Positions 29,401 to 37,250 of a DNA stretch of 64,000 nucleotides are shown piece after piece. The DNA lies in IMG/VR virus record IMGVR_UViG_3300032820_000001, positions 96,001 through 160,000 of that record; one strand, 5' to 3'. The position numbers and the translations under genes are program-made. This stretch comes from a virus. Position 1 is the first letter of the stretch; each line of letters begins with the position of its first letter. Below the pieces are notes generated by a model. It was not told the DNA's origin. It saw nothing but the letters and a program-made list of their open reading frames with translations, and did not search any database.

Positions 29401-29584
29401 CATCAGCAAATGGGCCTTGCATTGGCGGGTTTCGGAAATCGCCATAAGTGTCCGTATGCATGTTGTTAAGTTCAACACTTGCAGTGAAATTTGTATGCAA
29501 ATCCGACAAGTATCCATCCTTTGCGGAGGAACTGAACATTGTAAATGGGACTCTTCTTGTTGATTTATTTCCGTCGTTGCTCAT
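23465..29584 (-). CDS. Giant baseplate/tail protein, 2039 aa, with an FG-GAP-like propeller insert and one GCTDxxACNY motif
   Basis: Uninterrupted ORF. Repeats GFGQSCAM, YGAAYFY, GYGATMSV, FGKYISL and HYGSGVDM. GCTDANACNY...DDGSC. Confidence 0.75.
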   Translation of the reverse strand: MSNDGNKSTRRVPFTMFSSSAKDGYLSDLHTNFTASVELNNMHTDTYGDFRNPPMQGPFADDMVGGEPFRHQEIGSTTDRQEGFVVAAQTGTLSVSSTGRPVFFRDAYAKRPLNIRNIKTNSPGNYSQEYEVVQLAGRTLNPRHFAEFPGQYTTDYPLHLGTEGRVLNTLNAAGQPATGTLPDYTMPDNTGSYNNFIFVNKFSAPGSRYTMSRGFLNPIGEEMSAYNAIPFRNLNVRGELSEDLARHTPKATDIPPGVPTKYHTTNRNPRLYKTLTSSSDVISSSWDYTSASALPGGPDFPEGCTDANACNYTVNATVDDGSCLYPPLDCGYADVVTDKFVYDNGYVTHAIPQSTLQYSWITASAETTQSEFPGFATGSDIAFYSGTIDFTTWRRASLMALLPNGIAEEPYEYKWYFNAPFAVTSALVTDEPAWMSYVIDYAGQNITFSGSPTLLDVGDTTITVDMADGGGGTDAHVFSVIINLPSPHILNNVYIDPDTAVQSFDFFGAAYTYNSWKEIRGGELRLSRYYREHNILPITKSPTTQYIEPPVVAKHMPMEHELAIDTTGTPFLLSTAYGNELTRYSNDEINQLYNFRVSDKKTKYAELKKLYLDESGEDPNNPVKGFISLTYGQTLWPKDENAFMKKVRVRGNYSEVAGTGPRGYDKIYGTQNTIYKTTEMRSLTGALNSQGYEIEGEENQSNALAFDPMRSDGYASLPVLPAPKNVGELNSDTDRSMTQAGGSEARPALAFLETNNIGVDGSFSDYSERLIEQMSGKTRWYNTYSDYNNNMKGLLQGTSILPEFRISEHMDYYISEQGGNFRAENKDFLTLLGANYTSSADSPTSTTFNVDFENTYLSSEEFDHLKKIRDDHLEFANPKQIKLRASGIKRLLPYNGFYPDTRTVQLGNLLSESLSNNVAGYLYDAAKPEAVRELAPAQGWQSFLKTFSSPGILYNSIKSGLAVDYPIYTSNPLSGSSGSVANPLYIVPLSSAANIRLPFETLYNFNENLPKSTDFFNVSSIPGSDNPDHFSASIKYYSKWDGKKKPNFELASHNFLAESVNFFLEGGELNSFTSAPELQFSEVEVDKTYYMDIVLRDEVGMSKNVEYHGEADFFPVNEVVTEGMSVSATDPDADITTLDQWSLATSVIENPAGGAYVLATSKYHPTSSFVGRAMLLSVDEAGNVIDLDPGDMLTGSAAGGDSPGFGQSCAMVSSSDGLIFAIGAVGENIGYPPGEYGAAYFYKYDGTSISLLSRYEPTGSRGYGATMSVSSGSDGVIFASSGFTDSSGISTLPDTTVFLHNYDTASPLTASLLDTCTVVDVSSAEASAVCLTSCSSSEATVVAFKGTDGTAVNPEGAIRILTYTGASFFESVNYTSSVPDLTVINSLSITPFYTPASLPFTAFDADTLLAYGANITSGEGKVCFVRVASNGAWATSPGTMTISPEQYDIEFGKYISLETKEDDDIEHNSYLAIGSTGTDVDALTNAGSITLYEITMAAGYVAAWPSLSQGLSGSILQRVYARNDYQQFSGHYGSGVDMAIGSSGDINDVYISAGSSGYDYAPTDPEVVSAGGMVQLTYRAQRATNYRIHGSLYGMPIDGLYDPAYCQYTPPGFYGESIARLSYSSSVGGPISLDEILRAVKVENILTLDPTRVRTEGGEPAIMTNTQEATKTTVSASVQLYGKILQKDIQFSISEDGDSTIADRATAGSAENLRWAIATKYECPVVNNSSSAYLANYSSHVTDLEDDPVFQFTSGTAGWKPPRSVWTSYGQPVQPDKGYEFELRESFAKRSVNTLTTGSLIDVCGFTPGTKKVGTVADKKDISEAIMVIPYVDKAIPYKTVEIDKGKHFIRFSKTELKKQKKNLEDKGYAISEDIRETSISETIQAMKKYVVPPQYDFLKYDDIKTFVSYFLEFDHVLSQRDLIDIWQGVTPAIAANPETDEIEITHGFDQHNFFHNVEFPTDIKFMVFKVKQMAKWNYYETTTDSSDDNRFKFNFQGDGQTEVIPSYNYNWPYDFCSLVERAKVDVSVVFKKDDEDTG

Positions 29585-29629
29585 CTATGTTTTACCTTTA
29601 CTGTTCTAACTAGGCTCTTTTTGAGGGTT

Positions 29630-32600
29630 TTATCCAGTTTTGACGACCCTTCCGGTGATTTTAATTTTATTGTTTCCGGCGGGAGTTTCCGCAAGGTCGG
29701 AAGAATTAATATTGAGCTGACCAGTTTCGGGAACGTTTGTGTTTGTATCTCTCTTTTCCAGGGCGCTTGTATCTTCACTGGTTTCGAACTGGGAAACAGT
29801 TCGTGGCTGGCCATGGACAACGTTTAATAGGTTTAACCTGCCGCCGTCGACGATGGGGTTGCCAGAGAGTATGGAGTCGGGGAGCTCCAAAAATGGGCGG
29901 TTATTCCAGAATGGGTCACTATAATTAGCTGCATCGGTTACTCCATTTCCAGAATTATTTGTTGAAACATTCTGAATGGGGGCGACTACTGTTGATTCCT
30001 GCTCCACAACGTAAGATGGCACCTTATGTTCAAATTTATTTCTTTCGAGAACGTGACCTTCGATTATATTTATCGAACCATCAATAACTTCTGCGCCGGC
30101 TGGCAAAATTTGCCTAAGCATCCCAACAACTGCATCATCGATCCACTTAAAGTATTCGTAAAATTTATTGACATCTGGGGAATTTTCCATCCTGTCAAAG
30201 AAGTTTCTTCGCATAACTTCTAGTTCTGCTCTTTTATTTCTATATTTGTCTGCCGGAGAATTGTAAAGAGATGCAAAATCTTGTATAGTTGAAAAATATC
30301 TAATCATTTCATCAGAAATGGTTTGGTACAAACTCTTCTCAATCGAGAAGATTAAATTCGTCGGCTTAGAAAGCTCTTCTCTTATCTGCTCCCCTGCACT
30401 TAAAACACTAACCATATCGGAGCCGTTTGATACATCGGGAGTAATTCTAGTTAATGTGTTAACATATTCTAGGTCTACGACCTTTGCGGAGTTTGCCGGG
30501 AATCCGTAGCCTTTGCCGTCGTGAACGTTAGTAAAATCTCCATAATACTTCTCTTCAAGTCTTTTGTCGGCATAATCTAGGATCGCAAATTCTCCACCGC
30601 TAGAAGAGGTAGTTACAAGCTCAAAATTCCAATGTAATTTTAGTGTGTCAATGGACGCCATTTCATCGGTAGCGCCAAAAAGGGGCCTATTCGGGTCTTT
30701 TAAGCCAAAGTTTTTGGCATCTTTAGCATGGCTCGTGATCTCGGCGTCACTGACGTGTTTTCCCCAATATCTGATAGCGGAAACGAGGACATCTGACTTA
30801 TTGACCGTTGATCCAGTAAAATTTGTTTTATATGCGCCGGCGAAGATTCTTTTTGGTGCGTCCAAAAGTGAGAGAGCATCTGCGTTTGGCAAACTGGCGG
30901 AAAGAGAAAATGAATTTTGAATTGTTTCGCCGTCTGAGTTGACTCCTTGAAAATCTAAGAAATAATCTTCATCAGTATCGATGGCCGGGTTTCTAACTTT
31001 AGCGGCCAGAACCCAACGCTCATTCTCATACACGTCTGGGAAAATGCTTGATGTAAGATCTATGCCGAGTTCGGATGATGTTAATTGAAAGTATGCGTTT
31101 GCGCTGTTTGTCTCTTCTCTCACCACATAAACTTGCAGATCTGCTTTGTCCGGCGCCACCCAGTCGTAATCTACTTTGTTGGTTTCTTTCATTCCAAACA
31201 GGGAGCTTTTTGTAAAGGGGATATCAAAATAATATTGAGAAGCGACGTCCTTCTGTTTTGGAAAAAGAATATCTCCCTCCAAGCATATACCATTAAGACG
31301 AGCCAACTCACCGCTTGAAGAAATAAAGCCAAGTGCTGGCAACACGGTGCTTTGAGTTTGAAACATTGTTGCTTCAAATCTGCTGGGGTCGTTAAACGAA
31401 ATTGTTGGCTTTTTAATTACTGATGCGGCGTATCGATCCTCAAGGTCATACCTCTCACCATTACTATAGATATTCAGCTTCACGAGCTCATCATCTACGC
31501 CAAAACATCTTACGAGATTTCTAAAGGATTTTTCAGTGCCTTTTGAGGTCATTATATATGTGAGATTATTATAGATGTTCTGATAGATTAGGTCTTTTAT
31601 TTCGCTCAGTTTAAATTCAAGATTGCCGCGAGTGTTTTGATCCATAAATCTTTCGAGCAATGTTGCATCGATAAAAAAGTCCTCAGACTCAAAACCAAGG
31701 TTTCTCAAGTTTCTGTTAATAAAATTATACGGACGTTGTGATCCGCTTGGGTATCCTACATCTTTAATTTTATTTATGTCGGTCAATTGATTCTGAAGCG
31801 TGTCCAAATATGATGACATAATTTGTGTTAGCTTCAATATATTTTGTTCTCCGACATCATCTTCTCTAATCCACGAAGGTATTGAATTATATAACGATGC
31901 GTTGTTCTGCTGATCGTATACAAGCCCCTTAACGCGGTTTGTCTCTTTCAACGCAGCGACGTCGGGATGAGTAGAATAAATTATAGGATCTTTAAATTCG
32001 GTGAGGGACGCAGAAGATTCTATCATTGCCGAGCCAGTGCTTCGGGCTCCTGCAGAATATCCTGTCCACGTTCCGTTGGAAATTCTCCCTGAAAAATCTA
32101 AGACTGTGGAGTCAACTGACGTTCCGACGATGCCTTCGTTAAATTTGTAATATACTCCCAAGTCAGTATTGGAGGTGTCTGTGTTTGTGCCACCATAAAC
32201 TTGGGTTGTCCAGTTGAGACCAATCTGCTCGCCAGTTCTGGTAGTCTTCCAGAAACGAAATTCGTCGAGAGATCCTGAAAATTTGCACCAGCCTGGAGTA
32301 TTAACGGGGAAGGAGGTTGCACTGTCTGCAGCAGAAGCACTCATATATGCGCCGATGTTGGCGATGAATGGGCCTTCGATCTCCTGAGTTGTTGCCCCTA
32401 CGACGGTTCCACTGGAGAGGGTGCCGTCTACATGTAAAGAAGCTGTACCATTCGATGAGACTGTGACCGCATAGTGGTGCCAATCTGCATTGGGAATAGA
32501 GTTGGTAGCAAACAATCCAGATATTTCATCTGAATTTGCTTTATATTGTAGCCCGACGCTATCTGTGGCTTCATCCAAATAAATGCAAAATCTGCCAGAA

Positions 32601-33214
32601 TCTGTGCTTCCGGTTGTGACCATATCGAAGACTACTTCATGCGGCTTTGCAAAAGCTGGGACTCTCATCCAAAACTCAACCGTGTTGCCCGCTCCGAGAG
32701 TAAGATTTGCTTCTCTGTCATCGTCATCGCTAATTATGTTTGCTTTTCCACCATCTGACGGGAAAAGGGAAGCGAGATTATAGGCCGAGGCATCTGTGTT
32801 GGGGCCGCCATGTAAAGTTATATATTCTTTGTTCACTGGCAGACGGTAATTTCCCGTGGCCGATGCCTGGGCTCCCCACCCGTCGTGAGAGATGGAAACA
32901 TATCCATGAGTTCGTGGGTATTCATTTTCAAAAAGTTGATTATCTAATCCAGATCCAGAAATGTGCCACTGGAGCTTTTCGTATTTGGATCCATCATAGG
33001 GATAGAAATTATATATATTTTTTATTGCTGAAGTATAATACTCTTCTGCAGAGCCGTATGTAGCAAACGTGGAGGGATCGGCATAATCCATCCTTGGTTC
33101 TATCGTGCTTTCAAGTTCTGCTGAAGCATCAATAATCTTATAGGATTCTAGGTTTTCCTGCTGAAGTTCTTGCTGTGTCTTTGCTGCCGCTGATCTTTTA
33201 TTAGTATTGCTCAT
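29630..33214 (-). CDS. Structural protein with a LamG/concanavalin-like domain, 1194 aa
   Basis: TVEFWM, WHHYAVT, LHVDG and FSGSLDEFRFW (LamG_3 signature), about 32100-32700. Confidence 0.8.
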   Translation of the reverse strand: MSNTNKRSAAAKTQQELQQENLESYKIIDASAELESTIEPRMDYADPSTFATYGSAEEYYTSAIKNIYNFYPYDGSKYEKLQWHISGSGLDNQLFENEYPRTHGYVSISHDGWGAQASATGNYRLPVNKEYITLHGGPNTDASAYNLASLFPSDGGKANIISDDDDREANLTLGAGNTVEFWMRVPAFAKPHEVVFDMVTTGSTDSGRFCIYLDEATDSVGLQYKANSDEISGLFATNSIPNADWHHYAVTVSSNGTASLHVDGTLSSGTVVGATTQEIEGPFIANIGAYMSASAADSATSFPVNTPGWCKFSGSLDEFRFWKTTRTGEQIGLNWTTQVYGGTNTDTSNTDLGVYYKFNEGIVGTSVDSTVLDFSGRISNGTWTGYSAGARSTGSAMIESSASLTEFKDPIIYSTHPDVAALKETNRVKGLVYDQQNNASLYNSIPSWIREDDVGEQNILKLTQIMSSYLDTLQNQLTDINKIKDVGYPSGSQRPYNFINRNLRNLGFESEDFFIDATLLERFMDQNTRGNLEFKLSEIKDLIYQNIYNNLTYIMTSKGTEKSFRNLVRCFGVDDELVKLNIYSNGERYDLEDRYAASVIKKPTISFNDPSRFEATMFQTQSTVLPALGFISSSGELARLNGICLEGDILFPKQKDVASQYYFDIPFTKSSLFGMKETNKVDYDWVAPDKADLQVYVVREETNSANAYFQLTSSELGIDLTSSIFPDVYENERWVLAAKVRNPAIDTDEDYFLDFQGVNSDGETIQNSFSLSASLPNADALSLLDAPKRIFAGAYKTNFTGSTVNKSDVLVSAIRYWGKHVSDAEITSHAKDAKNFGLKDPNRPLFGATDEMASIDTLKLHWNFELVTTSSSGGEFAILDYADKRLEEKYYGDFTNVHDGKGYGFPANSAKVVDLEYVNTLTRITPDVSNGSDMVSVLSAGEQIREELSKPTNLIFSIEKSLYQTISDEMIRYFSTIQDFASLYNSPADKYRNKRAELEVMRRNFFDRMENSPDVNKFYEYFKWIDDAVVGMLRQILPAGAEVIDGSINIIEGHVLERNKFEHKVPSYVVEQESTVVAPIQNVSTNNSGNGVTDAANYSDPFWNNRPFLELPDSILSGNPIVDGGRLNLLNVVHGQPRTVSQFETSEDTSALEKRDTNTNVPETGQLNINSSDLAETPAGNNKIKITGRVVKTG

Positions 33215-34974
33215 TATTCAACCCTAAATTTAAAAAGTTCCGGCTGCTCCTCATATCGATCATTAACTTTGTATGCCACCTTAATGCCGTAGGCATAATC
33301 TGATTCAAGCATAGATATATCGACATCGAAATAATTTCCGTCCTTATCGTAAGACATTCGCGTGTGATTGAGGCTTCCCGTACCATATGGAATAACGTCA
33401 AAGCCGTCTGCGACGCGGAAGACTTTAAAATAAGCATTTTCAATCACTTTTGTTTCAATGTTGGTTGTTGCTACCGTGTAAATTGTTGGATTCCAATCCT
33501 TATCTCTAACGAACATTCTCATTCGAGGGCTCTCAGTTTGAATATACTTTTGTTTTAAATTTGTTATGGTAGATACATACTCTCCCGTATCGACAGCTGT
33601 ATCCGTCACAAAGCTGCGGACTGATATTCTGCTTCCCGTGACATATTCGACTGACGCCGAGTGCCACACATCGTAGAGATAAGAGGCGGTGGTGTCGATA
33701 CACATCTGTGCAGAGTATATTCCGGTGGATACCCAAGAGCCAGTAGCGTTTGTGGTGCCGCTCACGCATAGGGACATTTTAGAACCAGTTGGTTCTGTCG
33801 ATCCAGAATATAAACTCACAAGAATACTTCCAGTTCCGACAGCAGGAATATTCTGTAGCTGTCCTCGAACCCGATTATATATGTATAGTGTATTTAAATT
33901 GTCGTCGGCAGGAACCAAAGAACTGGAAGCGTAGAAGGAATTTCTTCTGTCTTTCTTTGAAGAATCCCATCTGGCCTCGATTTGGGGGCGTAAATAAAAA
34001 TGTTCAGAGCCGCGAGCAAAGAATTTCTTGATATAAAAAGAACGATCCATGTCGGCAAAACTTGAAGAAACAAAAATGCCGACACCATTGCTGGGCTTTG
34101 TGCCATCGAGCCACTGCTCAACGAGGGCAGTAATATTTACATCGATATCTTGTGGGCCAGTGGTGATGGAGGCGGTATATGCGGGAGTGCTATAATAATC
34201 TCCGCCTTCAGAAACCCACCCAGCAGTTGCAGAAGCCGAGATCCAATTTGAGACCCCTTCATCCGTATATCCCTCCATGTCGAGGCCATAGCCTTCGTCC
34301 CAAGCACCAGAGACAGGGACAACTGTTAGGTCATAATCCCTGGGTAGGGTTTGGCCATGGGGAGCGTTGTGGACGCGGAGATAGAAATCAACGCTTCCAG
34401 AGGCTGGGATGCTCTCTGCGGTTCGGTCTGCATCGATGTCCGATATGGGGAAATTTATTAATATCTTAGATTCTTCTCTTCCTCCCGTACCCCCAGCAAA
34501 GTTAGTTTCTGTATCTGGAGTTGTATTGTTTAAGCTTGAAGACAGGGTATTCGAATTTCCAGCTGTTCCAAGTACAATGGATTCGATCTGAACCGAGTAG
34601 TTAAATACAGATGCAGTAAAATCTGCGGAGGCTGAAGTGTTGATTATGGACGAAATGTTTGTTAGGACATCATCCCTGTCGCCGGAAGCATCAAACTCAT
34701 TGGCCGCAACGGTTGAGCCAGTGGCGACGAATATATATGTTTGAGTGCCGGTTAATGTAAAATTTTCAGTACCATCAGTCAAAATTGCGGGGCTCTCTTC
34801 ATTGACATAAAGCCAATTTTTAGCATTAACTGCTGGTACTTGATTATATATCGTAAAGGTTTCAATAATATCCGACTCGCCCATATTGGAGTCAGTCCCA
34901 CGAGTTTGCAAATTTGCTTCGAACGCATTAGTGATGGTGTTATCTGCGTCTGCTGTATATCGTTTAAGTGCCAT
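33214..34974 (-). CDS. Structural protein with a DNRLRE/CBM96-like domain, 586 aa
   Basis: ESKILINF, VVPVSGAWDEG, SNW, W..EGGD and VEQWLDG..SNGV pattern. TAATG coupling on both sides. Confidence 0.65.
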   Translation of the reverse strand: MALKRYTADADNTITNAFEANLQTRGTDSNMGESDIIETFTIYNQVPAVNAKNWLYVNEESPAILTDGTENFTLTGTQTYIFVATGSTVAANEFDASGDRDDVLTNISSIINTSASADFTASVFNYSVQIESIVLGTAGNSNTLSSSLNNTTPDTETNFAGGTGGREESKILINFPISDIDADRTAESIPASGSVDFYLRVHNAPHGQTLPRDYDLTVVPVSGAWDEGYGLDMEGYTDEGVSNWISASATAGWVSEGGDYYSTPAYTASITTGPQDIDVNITALVEQWLDGTKPSNGVGIFVSSSFADMDRSFYIKKFFARGSEHFYLRPQIEARWDSSKKDRRNSFYASSSLVPADDNLNTLYIYNRVRGQLQNIPAVGTGSILVSLYSGSTEPTGSKMSLCVSGTTNATGSWVSTGIYSAQMCIDTTASYLYDVWHSASVEYVTGSRISVRSFVTDTAVDTGEYVSTITNLKQKYIQTESPRMRMFVRDKDWNPTIYTVATTNIETKVIENAYFKVFRVADGFDVIPYGTGSLNHTRMSYDKDGNYFDVDISMLESDYAYGIKVAYKVNDRYEEQPELFKFRVE

Positions 34975-36770
34975 TATCTAACCGCTCCCTTGATGTCTAA
35001 AGTGGGGTATTTAATTTCATAAACCGCATTGCGAGGAATGATGATAGACCTTCCATCGTCAGACAGGTTTTCTGTCATGTCAAAAGAAATGCCACTATAG
35101 CCGGAGCCGTACTTTGTAGATATATTAACATCAACGACGTCGATGACGCCATCAACATCTTTAAGAACTTTATAGGCATCCGTTATATAAAATGCTTCTC
35201 CAATTTCTGCTTTATTATTATTGTAGAGCTGAGAAAGGGCGCCTATACATCCTTGGAGGGTGATGTTTTTATCTTTGTCTAAGTCCCCAACGACTGTGAA
35301 ATTAACTCCTAAATTAATAATTTTGGCATCGGTAATCTCGATTACGTCGCTCACCATTCGGCCTTTGTCTAGCCAAGTTTTTAAATTATCTTTTAGAACG
35401 GTGCTTGATTCTATAAAATAACCACTTTTATCTTCAGATATAATAGCTATATTTAAATTTCCTCGACGTGGATTGGGATTCTTTATTGCCTTCGCTCTCT
35501 TAATCGCGCCGAACCTTGCTGGCATCGAGTAAGTCATTGTTTCATAATCCTTAAGCGTTACCGCTCTGCGTTGGTTTGAAAAAGAATTCATAACTCTCCG
35601 TCGGAGTTCTTCGACATCGGAACTTGAAACAGAACCAACAATTGGGTTTCCATTTGTTACTTCAACAGAATCTCGAACAGTGGCCACCTCTGATGGAGAT
35701 AGAGATGCGATATCTTGAAATTCAATTGTGGGGTTTGAAATGTTTACCAGAGTGTTCGTACTGATATTTACATCCTTCTTTGTGTTTCTCAAATAAGTGA
35801 TAGTTAGTTGCGTGTTCGCTGGTGATACCCCAAGCGTGTCCGAAGAAAGCAATTTGCTAGGATCCATTTCAACATCTGTAATGTAGGCTTTTGCGTACAT
35901 TTTCATTGCAACGGAAGAGGGATCTAAAACTCTCTCGTTAGAATCACTCTCCTCTAGTCCTGAGCCGAATTGAATCTTTGCGCCGGCGGCTGTTTGGTCC
36001 GAGGTAAATCTACGTGGAACCACCATTGGTTTTAAAAGCTCTGGTGTCAACTCTCTGGTGTTGGCGTCTCTGTTCGCGGTGGCGCGAAATATAATATTTT
36101 GAGTTAGGTAATCAACCTCATAATATTCGTGGCCGTCGGCATCGACGATAGAAATGATTTCTGTTAAGTTGGAGTCCTCAACCAATTCCTCTCTGTATTT
36201 TTCAAAGTCGCCGACTGAAATGGTAGTAGAAGCAACATCCCCAGAAGAAACTGCTCCATAGTTTTTGATGGCAAAGTACGTCGCTGCGCCGGTGGTGGGA
36301 TTTGTTCTGGCAACTACAGTGTCACCAGCGGTGAAGTTCACGTCCTCGTTGAGAACAAAACGTGCGCCGGAATTGCTCGACATGGTTGTTCCCTTTTTTA
36401 TAATGGGGATATATCTCGCATCAGGGGCGACTGCAGTAGAGTCTGCGGGAACCATTACAAAAAACGTAGCAATTCCTTGAGAAGACGGGTTTCTTTTCAG
36501 TTTAAATCCCGTTTGTTTTCCGAGACTCACAAGGTTGTTAAATTCAGATGCCGTATCCACAAAGCTTTCACTTGCTTGATAGTCGGCATAAAAGGAAATG
36601 ATATCTCCAATATAAGCTACAGTGTCCAACATTAAAGAACCAAAGCCAGCTTCGTTGAAGTCTTGAAATGTGTCTGGGTAATATCTCTTTGCGTGGTCCA
36701 CCAAATCTTGCTTAATAGTCTCGAAATCTCGACTGGTATAATTTATGGGAACATTCTTGAGTTTTGTCAT
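34974..36770 (-). CDS. gp6: Baseplate wedge subunit, T4 gp6/baseplate J-like
   Basis: N-terminus NYTSRDFETIKQDL, DFNEAGFGSLMLD and RAVTLKDYE. Next to gp25. Confidence 0.88.
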   Translation of the reverse strand: MTKLKNVPINYTSRDFETIKQDLVDHAKRYYPDTFQDFNEAGFGSLMLDTVAYIGDIISFYADYQASESFVDTASEFNNLVSLGKQTGFKLKRNPSSQGIATFFVMVPADSTAVAPDARYIPIIKKGTTMSSNSGARFVLNEDVNFTAGDTVVARTNPTTGAATYFAIKNYGAVSSGDVASTTISVGDFEKYREELVEDSNLTEIISIVDADGHEYYEVDYLTQNIIFRATANRDANTRELTPELLKPMVVPRRFTSDQTAAGAKIQFGSGLEESDSNERVLDPSSVAMKMYAKAYITDVEMDPSKLLSSDTLGVSPANTQLTITYLRNTKKDVNISTNTLVNISNPTIEFQDIASLSPSEVATVRDSVEVTNGNPIVGSVSSSDVEELRRRVMNSFSNQRRAVTLKDYETMTYSMPARFGAIKRAKAIKNPNPRRGNLNIAIISEDKSGYFIESSTVLKDNLKTWLDKGRMVSDVIEITDAKIINLGVNFTVVGDLDKDKNITLQGCIGALSQLYNNNKAEIGEAFYITDAYKVLKDVDGVIDVVDVNISTKYGSGYSGISFDMTENLSDDGRSIIIPRNAVYEIKYPTLDIKGAVR

Positions 36771-36792
36771 TTAGCGGTTCTCCTGCCTATTT

Positions 36793-36799
36793 TAAATAG
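36793..36799 (-). promoter_or_regulatory. Putative late promoter CTATTTA upstream of gp6
   Basis: Recurrent heptamer, 22 nt before ATG 36770. Confidence 0.5.
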
Positions 36800-36823
36800 T
36801 TGAAAACTAAAAGTTTCACATCA

Positions 36824-37225
36824 TTAACTTATCATATAGCCATTGGCATCAAAAGATAGGTTAATAAATTCATCAATAGCCAGTGATGGTACGGTGTAAA
36901 ACATCCTCACAGTAAGGCTGTTCGAATCCTCTCCAGGTTCAACCAGAATATTATTCAACTTAATAAAGGGCATATATTTATTGAGCTGTCGGGCGGTGGC
37001 CTCTTTAATCTCCGGGGCGCTGGAAACTGCGTTTTCGAACAAGAACCTCTGAATACCTACACCAAAAGAAGTATCCATCATCCGTTCGCCGGGGATTGTC
37101 AAAATAAGATTCTTAAAGTTTTGACGAATAAGGTCAGCATAATTATCTATATGTTTGTATTCTAATTCCCCGCTCTCGCTCAGTGGGAGTGCCGGGGTTA
37201 AAATTTTTGTCGCGTCATTTGCCAT
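36824..37225 (-). CDS. gp25: Baseplate wedge subunit, gp25/GPW-like
   Basis: QNFKNLILTIPGERMMDTSFGVG motif. AGAGG RBS before ATG 37225. Confidence 0.9.
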   Translation of the reverse strand: MANDATKILTPALPLSESGELEYKHIDNYADLIRQNFKNLILTIPGERMMDTSFGVGIQRFLFENAVSSAPEIKEATARQLNKYMPFIKLNNILVEPGEDSNSLTVRMFYTVPSLAIDEFINLSFDANGYMIS

Positions 37226-37243
37226 ATTCAATACCTCTATTAA

Positions 37244-37250
37244 TAAATAC
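37244..37250 (-). promoter_or_regulatory. Putative late promoter GTATTTA upstream of gp25
   Basis: Variant of the recurrent heptamer. Confidence 0.45.

Noticed and set aside
29585-29632. Stop-codon readthrough or TAG reassignment fusing two giant genes
   Set aside because: The first stop is TAA, followed by two TAGs. TAG ends many tightly coupled genes elsewhere and ORFs are full length in the standard code.
29581-29820. 79-aa alternative-frame ORF bridging the junction of the two giant genes
   Set aside because: It mostly overlaps the upstream CDS, has no clear RBS or slippery site, and shows no motif. Its ATGA overlap with the next gene may be chance.
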